From a virus: a stretch of 64,000 bases of DNA. The notes beneath the pieces were generated by a model. It saw only the letters and a program-made list of their open reading frames with translations. It had not been told where the DNA came from and ran no database searches. Where the stretch lies: positions 1-64,000 of IMG/VR virus record IMGVR_UViG_3300013125_000006, one strand, 5' to 3'. The position numbers and the translations under genes are program-made. The stretch's first letter is position 1; each line of letters opens with the position of its first letter. Positions 51,686 through 60,800 of the stretch are shown piece by piece.

Positions 51686-51947
51686 TTAATCTTGTTCTTC
51701 TAATCTATTTTCTATTAACCCAGCTACAAATCTTAAATCTAGTAGACCATAAGTTTCACCAAATGATTTTAATAGGTTCAGTGCCATTATACTTAGAAAT
51801 AAATTCTTCAACTTTTGATTCATCAAAAATATATAATAGTATTCCACGATGGCCAGCTCCTAGTGTTTCTACTGAAAAGTTTAAATTACAATCTTTAAGC
51901 CAATCTTTTACATAGTCTTTATTATTCCAAAATTTCGTCTTTTCCAT
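51686..51947 (-). pseudogene. Hypothetical gene with apparent single-base frameshift
   Basis: MEKTKFWNNKD...EPIK, then a shift at an A run into SFGETYGLLDLRFVAGLIENRLEEQD*, which ends just before the RNA ligase start. Confidence 0.45.
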
Positions 51948-52554
51948 AATATAATAAAGTTGTACCAGACTTATGAATATCAGTAGGTTGTTTACATTGA
52001 AAAGGCTCAAATTCTTTAACATTAAAAGGGATAGTAATTAAATGGCAGCCATTTATAGTTTTAATTATGTCTATAACATTGGCACCAATCTTTTCTGTTT
52101 TAGTATTTAATTTAGAAGAACATAATTCTATATGATGAATAACATTCTCTATTATATGAGCATCTTCAGTATCAATATCTACTATCCATAATTTCTCTGC
52201 ATCTGTAGAAGTCTGTCCACAAGCAGAATTATATACACTAGAAACTGATTGATATGTTTCACTTATCAAACAATCTGTTACTTTCTTAAGTGTAAGAAAA
52301 GCAACTTTTTTAAAACTTTTTCTATTTAAATCTATATATGCTCTAGCATTATAGAATTTACAAAGTTTTTGTATGCTTGAAAATCTTTCTTCCAATTGTT
52401 CATAAGATGTAGTATAATAGGTTTTAATTATTCTATCACAAACTGGCAAGTCAGGATTTTCTTTTCTTCTTTGAATTATTTGAAGAAAATAAAATTCATC
52501 TGAATTATTAATTCTTATATATGGAGAAAGTGATTTCAAATTATTAATTTCCAT
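51922..52554 (-). CDS. Conserved phage protein with DxD and TxxGxH motifs (possible AEP-like fold)
   Basis: FYFLQIIQRRKENP, KLWIVDID and KTINGCHLIT. Confidence 0.6.
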   Translation of the reverse strand: MEINNLKSLSPYIRINNSDEFYFLQIIQRRKENPDLPVCDRIIKTYYTTSYEQLEERFSSIQKLCKFYNARAYIDLNRKSFKKVAFLTLKKVTDCLISETYQSVSSVYNSACGQTSTDAEKLWIVDIDTEDAHIIENVIHHIELCSSKLNTKTEKIGANVIDIIKTINGCHLITIPFNVKEFEPFQCKQPTDIHKSGTTLLYYGKDEILE

Positions 52555-52558
52555 TTCT

Positions 52559-53002
52559 TTAATATAATTGTTCTATAAATGTATCTTGAAATTCAAATAA
52601 TGAATATGAAATAAGCTGTTGTAGAATTGCTTCATGATAATCTTCTTTGTTCCATTCATTCCATTCAACATAGTCAAATATATAATCTCTATACTCATGA
52701 TTTATATAATGATAAAGAATATCTTCTGGGGTTGTCTCAATTGTCACCCAAAGTTCATCATTTCTATAATTATACGATGGAGGACAATTTAATTCCCATT
52801 TAATAATCTTAAATGGAGTATGTTGATTTACAAGACTTACTATATACTCACAAAATCTATCAGTATATTCTTTATATTGTTCTTCTGTAAATTCTTCTTC
52901 TAAATTCCCATCATTATCATATCGCTCAATATTTCCTGGGTCATAATCAGTATTATAAAACCCAGGAAATATTTCGTCTATTATACTAACTGTATATTCC
53001 AT
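52559..53002 (-). CDS. Hypothetical acidic protein
   Basis: ORF in operon. Confidence 0.6.
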   Translation of the reverse strand: MEYTVSIIDEIFPGFYNTDYDPGNIERYDNDGNLEEEFTEEQYKEYTDRFCEYIVSLVNQHTPFKIIKWELNCPPSYNYRNDELWVTIETTPEDILYHYINHEYRDYIFDYVEWNEWNKEDYHEAILQQLISYSLFEFQDTFIEQLY

Positions 53003-53003
53003 A

Positions 53004-54179
53004 TTAGTCTAAATCATAACGCACTGATTGGAATACGGGTTGTAATGGAATACCTTCTTTAGACATCTCAAAGTACTTTATAGTTCCTTTTTTACCTATT
53101 ATTTCATCAATATTTTCTAGATACTCTGCTTTATGTTCTCTGGTTCCAACAGGTTTTGCTTCAAATAATTTTCCATCCTCTGTTTGACATATAAAACAAA
53201 AATCTTCCTCTCTTAGTTTTTTAGAATAGTCAACAATCAAAAATTCATCATCTTGATACATCTTAACTTTTATCATATCAGAGCCCCTTTTACCAAATTG
53301 ATATTCTTTATCAGGTTTTCTGGCAACTACTCCTTCAAATCCTTCTGAAACCCAGGCATCATGTAATTTCTGTATTTCTAGCCAACTATTAGTAAGAACA
53401 TGTTCTAAAACTTTTATTTTCTTAGAATCATTAAATTCAATTTCAATGCTAGTCAATTCATTTAGACGATTAGTAAACACCATATTAGGAATAGCTAAAT
53501 CATAAATCCAATACTCTAACTGCTCACATTTTGGAGACCAAGTTTCCAATCTTGCCAAACCAGAAATAACTTGTAGATATTGACCATGTATATATAATTC
53601 ACCATCTAAAACTAGCTCAGGATGGTTTCTTAAATATGGAGTTAATTCATTAATTATATGTCTTGCTGCAATATTATAATTTTTACCACCTCGACTAATA
53701 GTAATGCAAGAATCTATTTCTGGAGAATACTTTATCATACATCTAACTCCATTCAATTTTCTACTATTAAATAATGGTTTTTCAAAAATAGAATTTTGAC
53801 ATTTGTCGAATGATTTAGCAAGCATTGGTTTTAAATTTCCTTCTTGATCTGTTTTTAAACTTGGAACTAATTCGTCTAATTCAGAGGAAGTAATATTTTC
53901 AAACTTCTTTTTAGATAATAGCTCAAATTTTTTATAACCCTTATCTAAATACTTATTTATTATACTATTAAATTCTAAAGTAGCTTGTTGTAGTACAGTT
54001 CTTTTAGCCTTTCCCCGATTTATTAACAATTCAGGTTGAGAAGTCATTTTACCACCATATTGTCCAGTTCTTCTGGATATTAAAAATGAATTTCCATCTT
54101 GTTTTAAAGAAGCTATAGCTACCTGAACTTTATCTCTGGCATTTCTAGTTACTAGAACTATTTCGTAAATTAAGGTCAT
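53004..54179 (-). CDS. ATP-dependent DNA ligase
   Basis: KPMLA, SRKLNGVRC (motif I), VLDGELY (III), GFEGVVAR (IV), IKVK (V), and a C-terminal OB domain. Confidence 0.9.
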   Translation of the reverse strand: MTLIYEIVLVTRNARDKVQVAIASLKQDGNSFLISRRTGQYGGKMTSQPELLINRGKAKRTVLQQATLEFNSIINKYLDKGYKKFELLSKKKFENITSSELDELVPSLKTDQEGNLKPMLAKSFDKCQNSIFEKPLFNSRKLNGVRCMIKYSPEIDSCITISRGGKNYNIAARHIINELTPYLRNHPELVLDGELYIHGQYLQVISGLARLETWSPKCEQLEYWIYDLAIPNMVFTNRLNELTSIEIEFNDSKKIKVLEHVLTNSWLEIQKLHDAWVSEGFEGVVARKPDKEYQFGKRGSDMIKVKMYQDDEFLIVDYSKKLREEDFCFICQTEDGKLFEAKPVGTREHKAEYLENIDEIIGKKGTIKYFEMSKEGIPLQPVFQSVRYDLD

Positions 54180-54591
54180 TGTTTTTATATTTTTCTTGGC
54201 AAGATATACATAAATTTCTTACCCAACTTTTTATTGTTACTTTATCTGTATTATGTGTTCCACAAAATTCACAGGTATTATTGCATTCTGCAGTAGCATT
54301 ATCTACAAGAAAAGTAAAGCATTTGAAGTCTCCTTTAATTCTTAAGGATGCAAATTTTTGCTTTATATCTTCAATAAATAATCCTTTTTTTATATCAAAT
54401 AAGAGAAATTCTAGAAATGAAAAATACTTATTTTTAGATAAATCATATAAAAGATTATAATACCATAGCGGTATGAAAGAAGGTCTTATTATATAATCAA
54501 TTGATTTAAACATATCATTTATAATTGGAATCCAAGGATCTGGAATAGTTAATTCTCCATCATAAAGATATCTATATTTAAGCAACTTCAT
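54145..54591 (-). CDS. Hypothetical protein with C-terminal CxxC...CxxC
   Basis: IKQKFASLRI, TCEFCG and LCISC. Confidence 0.6.
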   Translation of the reverse strand: MKLLKYRYLYDGELTIPDPWIPIINDMFKSIDYIIRPSFIPLWYYNLLYDLSKNKYFSFLEFLLFDIKKGLFIEDIKQKFASLRIKGDFKCFTFLVDNATAECNNTCEFCGTHNTDKVTIKSWVRNLCISCQEKYKNNDLNLRNSSSN

Positions 54592-55076
54592 TATTTTCCA
54601 GTATGTCCAAACCCACCTAAACCTCTATCTGTTTCTGATAATGATTCAACTTCATTCCATATTGCATTCTCAAATTTATTAAATACAACTTGAGCAATCC
54701 TATCACCATCTAGTACTTGGTAAGAGGTATTAGACGTATTCATAAGAATGACTCCCCATAAATTTCTATAGTCAGAATCTATTGTTCCTGGGGAATTTAA
54801 AACTGTTATTCCATGTTTTAGTGCAAGACCACTTCTAGGTCTTATTTGAGCCTCATATCCAACTGGAATAGCAGTAGATATGCCAACAGGAATAAGAGCT
54901 CGTCCACCAGGAAAAATTACTAAAGTTTTAAATTCTGCATCAAAATTAGCATTATATAAATTATTACTATTTTTAATGCTTTTTAAATCCGCTCTTAAAT
55001 CCATTCCAGCAGAAAACTCAGTTTCATACTTTGGTAATTCATTACTAGAATGGTTTATTATTTCTATATTTATCAT
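54591..55076 (-). CDS. dut: dUTPase (trimeric)
   Basis: [29 protein letters not shown] and [10 protein letters not shown] motifs. Confidence 0.95.
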   Translation of the reverse strand: MINIEIINHSSNELPKYETEFSAGMDLRADLKSIKNSNNLYNANFDAEFKTLVIFPGGRALIPVGISTAIPVGYEAQIRPRSGLALKHGITVLNSPGTIDSDYRNLWGVILMNTSNTSYQVLDGDRIAQVVFNKFENAIWNEVESLSETDRGLGGFGHTGK

Positions 55077-55077
55077 A

Positions 55078-55404
55078 TTAAATTAAATTCATTTCATTTT
55101 CTACTTCAAGTATCTTTATTTCTTCAATTGTATGGAATCCATATTCAGTTGAAGGGAGATAATTTAAAAAAGTTTTATAACCATCTAAATGGCCATATAA
55201 TTCTTCCGCATTTTCATCTAAATAATCTCCATAAGGAAAATTATTATAATGAGTAGCTCCTCTAACAGTATATGGCTTAAAATTAGAAATTTCATTGATT
55301 ACTGGAAGAATTAAGCTAAGATCTAGTTCAGAAATTTTATTTAATTCTCCTATATAATCACCATCATTTACATCAACTTTTATATAAATATATTTTACAC
55401 TCAT
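55078..55404 (-). CDS. Hypothetical protein
   Basis: ORF in operon. Confidence 0.6.
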   Translation of the reverse strand: MSVKYIYIKVDVNDGDYIGELNKISELDLSLILPVINEISNFKPYTVRGATHYNNFPYGDYLDENAEELYGHLDGYKTFLNYLPSTEYGFHTIEEIKILEVENEMNLI

Positions 55405-55407
55405 ATT

Positions 55408-57801
55408 TTACTGTAATATATGTACATTATTTTTAGTTCTTGACAAAGCTACATATTGTAGCTGTCTTTTTTCTACATCATTTCTACATTGAGAAATGCT
55501 CCTCATATCTATTAACACATTATTTATCGAAGAACCTTGCTATTCTTCATTATTAGAAATATTTTCATATTTCATGTGGACTATATCTTGTATTTGTTTT
55601 GAACATGAATTTAAGGTTTTAAATAAATATCCTTTGCTGTTTATTTTCCCTTTATTTTTAAGAGCTTTAGTAATATTTCCAGTTTGAGCTGCATTTTTTT
55701 TATGCAATTCAACTCCAAAAATTATGTCTAAAAATTCAGTAATTTCATAAGGATAATTTACAACCTTAATAATATTATCATCTCCATCAAATATAACAGA
55801 TTTTTCCATAATTGATTTGCCCGCCATGGGATTATTTTTTCCCATTCTAGTTTTACTTAGATTCTCAGCAAATCCTCTTGGTTTAGATTTGGAATTTTTC
55901 ATTGCAATTAATTCTGAAATTCTATCTTTATCAATAGTATCTTGTAAAGAAAATGTATCTCCTCCATTACCTCCTAAAGTTTGATTAGTTAAATTATATA
56001 ATTTAGAAAATTTCTCTATATATTCAATTTCTTTATTATATAATGATTCTCCTTGAATTATCTCTAATAATTCTATTTTAGCAATTTCTGGTCATAAATT
56101 TTCAAAGTACTTAAATCTATTGTTTAGATTTCTAAGTCCTTTTAAATACTCCCTAAAATGAGCATAATGCATTTTAAGTCTGTCTTTAGGAGCAGATTCT
56201 GTCGCTCCTATATAAAAAATTTCATCATTAAGTGGATTTTTTAAGCAATAAATAAATCCTAAATCAACTATTCTATTATTTTCCATATTTTATAAATTTT
56301 AATTAATACTATACAAATGTACTAAAAATTATTCATAAAACATAACAAATACCCAACCTTTTCCAAATAGCTTATTAAAAGCTAAATGTACTCCTTTGCA
56401 GGATAGTCTCTGATCCTTTTTCCTAATTTAGGAAACTTGGATGCGGATTGTCCAATCTTATTTAATTTTTACTATACTCTAAATAATTACTTTAGACCCT
56501 ATATTATGTTACCATATATAGTTAGTATAAATAAGCTCTTAGGATATTCCCGCAGTTAAATTGGTTTTACAAGAGCCAAGATTTCAACTCTTATGTATTG
56601 TTACTGCATATCCATAGTCAATAGATTTCTTTCTTATTAATCTGTTTTCATAATATAAATTATTAGGAGTAGTAAAACTACTCAGAATTCTATAATATTC
56701 TTTCCAAAGCATACTAGACTTTCTAGACCCACGCATTTTATAATTAATAGCCTCAAGTCTAAATGCTTCTATAGTTAACCCAAGTCTTTTCGTATCATTG
56801 TAAGATAATTCATTAGATAATATATTAAAATCTAAATTAACATTATCAGTAGAATCAAAAACAGTTAGATTAAATCCTGGAAAAATTCCAACATTTGGGA
56901 TATTAATATTAATCTTCTTTGGCTCTTCAATAATTATATAATCCATTCCATTCCAAAAATTACCATAGCCAAATTCAAAATTATCATAACAAGTTAGAAT
57001 TTCATTTTTTCCATACTCTTCATTATTAAAATAGTAATTATGAAGTTTTTTATTAAATAATTCAACTCTGTCATTAGTATATGATAGTATTTTTGTCTCC
57101 ATAATATCAGTATTTTTTGTGGCTTCGTCTATATATTTTATACCCTCCCTAAGAAATTCTATAGGATTATTTGTAACATAAATAGAACCAAATTCTGATT
57201 CTCTAGTTTCAAAATTATTAATATAATTTTCTCTACTTAACAAGAGTATTTCAGATAATGCAGAATCTTCCTTTTGTCTAAAAATATGTGTTAAATAAAA
57301 TATATCTTCAGTATCAAAAACCTTGGAAAAGTAATCAGAATTTACAGGTCTTAACTGTGCAATATCTCCTATAAATAATATCTTAGAATTATGTTTAACA
57401 CACCTATCAATTAACAAATCATATAAATAATCATTAACCATAGACGCCTCATCAACAATTACTAAAGAATTGGATGGAAATTCCTCAGATGTTTTATGGA
57501 TAAGAAATTTTAAATCATTAAAATCTAAATCTATTAATTCAATATTAGGAGCAAGAGAAAGAAGTTTATGTATTGTCAAGGCAGTACTCTGGGTAAAATT
57601 TTGAAGCACATTTTTAGCTTTGTGTGTAGGAGCACATAAAACATAATTCTTTCTAATTTTATATAAAATATCTATTAATTCTGTGGTTAAAAAGCTTTTA
57701 CCAGTTCCGGCAAATCCAGAAATGGTAAAAGCTATTTTTGTTTTGGATTCTAAAAACTCTAGTATTAATTCCAAAGCTTTTTTTTGATCATCACTTAACA
57801 T
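55408..57801 (-). CDS. Dda/RecD-like SF1 DNA helicase, 448 aa; exons 57801-56587 and 55539-55408
   Basis: GFAGTGKS, APTHKA, IVDEASM, GDIAQL, the spliced motif V YAVTIHKS|QGSS, and motif VI YVALSR in exon 2. Confidence 0.9.
55540..56286 (-). CDS. Intron-encoded GIY-YIG homing endonuclease with NUMOD3-like motif, 248 aa (one TGA=Trp)
   Basis: GFIYCL...FYIG...R...E...LTNQTLGGNGG. ORFs 56286 and 55902 share a frame and are joined through the TGA at 56094-56092. Confidence 0.85.
56314..56321 (-). promoter_or_regulatory. Bacteroidota-type -7 promoter element (TACATTTG) upstream of the GIY-YIG HEG
   Basis: Matches TAnnTTTG about 28 nt upstream of ATG 56286, with a TTTG 24 nt further upstream. Confidence 0.55.
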
Positions 57802-57802
57802 A

Positions 57803-60800
57803 TTATCCACATTTACTTGACCCACAATCTCTGCATATCATACAACCTCCTTCATAGATAATATTATGACTTCCACAGTTATCACATACTGCTCCTGTTG
57901 CTTCAGTTCCATCAGGCACAAACAGCTTCAAAGATCTTATTAATCCAGCTTGAAAGCTATTCATACCTTTATTGGTAAAAGTTAGTCCATCAACTACTTT
58001 AATAACCTTTTCAGTCGGAGTACCTTCACGTAATAATGCAGAAACAAATCTTGCATAATTCCAATATTCTTTATTGAACACACGATTCAATCCTCCAACA
58101 GTATTTACATAACCATACTTATCAAGATATGAGAAATCATATCTAGAACCTTCTGGTAATGAGACTTTAATGATTTTACCACTTTCTATATAAGAAGGAA
58201 TTGGTAATTCATCTAGGTCATTTATTCCTGTAAAGATTTCATAAGCCTTATCTCCATAAACTCCAACAAAAGAAATCCAGTTCTTTTTATCTTCATTCTT
58301 GAATCTTAAGACTTTGCAATCTAATTCATCAGGTCTATGGTCACTCATTTTTGGGGTTTCTTCTTTTACAAGAATACCACTCCTACTTCCATCACGATAG
58401 CAATCGTTCTTATACTTTCATATAAGTTTGGACTATACCATAATCCTAGTGTCTAGGATTCTTCCATTATAGTCTCTGAACGTCTTGTAATCCATTTATA
58501 TTTATAACAAGATACGGGACATTCTCCAATATAATCTAATAATTTATTTAATGATTGATTATTAAAATAATATTTATAACTCATATTTCCTCGTTTATCA
58601 CAATGAGTAGTAACACTATTATCAATATTTTCTTTTAGTCAATTTAAAATAAATGGATTTAAATGTTTACAAGTAATTGCTCCTGCATTATTTAATGTTC
58701 CATTTTGTTTTTTAACTCCTCCATCGCCAATATACCACCACAATAAATTTATATTAGTTAATACAATATTTGGTAGTATTTTTCTATTTTGAGATTGAGT
58801 ATCCATTATTTCTTTTGGATAAAATAAATTATATAAATCTAAAAATTCGGGCCGAGTTTCTGTTTGAAAACTATAACAACCTGATTGTCTATTTATTTGG
58901 ATATTTCCACACTTAATTCCATTTTCAGAAAATAAGTTCATTATATATTCAATAACTTCTTTATGTTTATCAGTATATTGGAAATATGGATTAATTCCTT
59001 TTGGAACTAAACGTAATCCACCATCACCTAATAACATTCCTATTAATTGTTGTGTAAAAATTCCAGAAAAATTAATTTCATTCTTTTTATTAAATTTTTT
59101 CACGCTTTCTTTAACAGACCTTGGAGTAATACCTAACTTAATAAGTTCCCTTCGTATTGTCCCAATATTTAATGAATATTCTTGGGAAAGTTTATTCATA
59201 CTCTCTCCATTTTCATATTTTGTTTTAATTTCTTCTAATAGATTAGAATTTCGCTGCTGATTGTCCATTTTATAAAATTTAAAGGTTTAACATAATTGAC
59301 AAAGATACTAATAATCTTTGAATAAAATATTAAAAAATTTAAATTTTAACTATTACTATAATTTTCCTACCTTCACACTTATCCTCTCAGATTATGTTGT
59401 GGTTTATAGTATTTTAGGAGATTCCAGCAATTTAGAAAGTTTTCATTTGTTTGTTACCAAACAAAGCCGCCTATCTTTCGACGGTTATTCCTTTACAATT
59501 CATTTCATGAGCAAATTGATAGATATCTGAAATTGTCTTTTTTTCAGTATCTTTTGCCACATTAACAGTTGAGCTTATAGAATGTGTAGTATATTTTTGT
59601 AACATAGACTGCACCATGACTCTTTCTTCTGCACTAAGATCTTGTGCAGTATTATTATGCCATGGAGATTGTTTAATTAATTCATCCAATTCCTCTTTAG
59701 AGAATTCAGATAAATCTCCTGTATCTGGGTTAGATGTTATTAATCTATTTTCATTATACCAAACTTTTAATTTTGGATGAACAACATTATAGTTTTTAAA
59801 TCCAACTCCATTTTGATCAACAAAATCTGGAATTTCTCCAACATTACACTTCTTTCTTCTAATATAATATAAACTAAATACAGGTTCACAACCACTAGTA
59901 GTTCCTGCCATTATACTTATAGTTCCAGTTGGAGCGCATATGTTTTGTGTAAGTTCTTTATCTTACACTCTCCTCATTTCTAAGGAGTATCGGACTATAT
60001 CATCATCCTGATAATTAGGATGTTGGATTTTCGTGCGGGAGATTATTGTTAGGCTCACTCCCGTAGTCTCTGAACCTTCTAAACTCTTTTAACCTAAGTT
60101 TAGGTTGGCTGCTGATTAACTTGAACAATTTTTTTACAAAAATCAATAAAAATTTAAAAATTATTAAAATATTGAATTGTTTTTAGCTTTCCAGCAATTT
60201 ATCCAATTTTTCAAAACCTATTACTAGGTTAAGCCACCAAAATTAATGGTACTCCATGAAATATTTCTTCTTCCGAATATTCTCATTCTCTGCCATTCAG
60301 AAGGAAATTCCTGCATTAAGAAATTAAAAAATTTATTATTACCAATATAGTTAACTTCATCTAGTTCCTCATTATTATTGGAATATTCTTTATTTCCATC
60401 ATAATCTGGAAAAGGAGAATTTAATATAGCTAAATCTATAGTAGCATCTAACTCTGCCTTCATTTTTAATTTCATAAGTTCCCCAATAATAGGAGAATTA
60501 TAGTTAAGATTAAGAGCAGCCATCATATCTCCTAATGCTGTTATTCCAGTACCAGTTCTTCTACCAGCTTTTCCAATTTCATTAACTTTTTCCCAAAATT
60601 CTTTTTCTTTATTTTGTGAAATAGAAATTATTCTATTTATAGCCTCAATCTCTAAATCAACTAAAATATCAGCTATAATCTGTGCTTCATAAAACACTCT
60701 ATATGCTAAGTCCTTATTAATTTTTGCAAGAGGTGTAAAAGGAGATTGAACAAGGGAGTATAAATTAGAAGCTATTAACCTACAACTATCATATGGAGAT

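Larger units (their letters stand above)
55540..56586 (-). mobile_element. Group I intron in helicase motif V
   Basis: P1 AAGAGT/GCTCTT with U.G; P10 CTTG/CAAG. Core AACTGCGGG, AATCCGCATCC, GATCAGAGACTA and AAGATATAGTCC; terminal G at 55540. Confidence 0.9.
58401..59480 (-). mobile_element. Group I intron 2 in RNR (with homing endonuclease)
   Basis: P1 CCGT/GCGG with U.G; P10 GATAG/CTATC. Core AATTGCTGGAA, GTTCAGAGACTA and GGTATAGTCC; terminal G at 58401. Confidence 0.9.
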
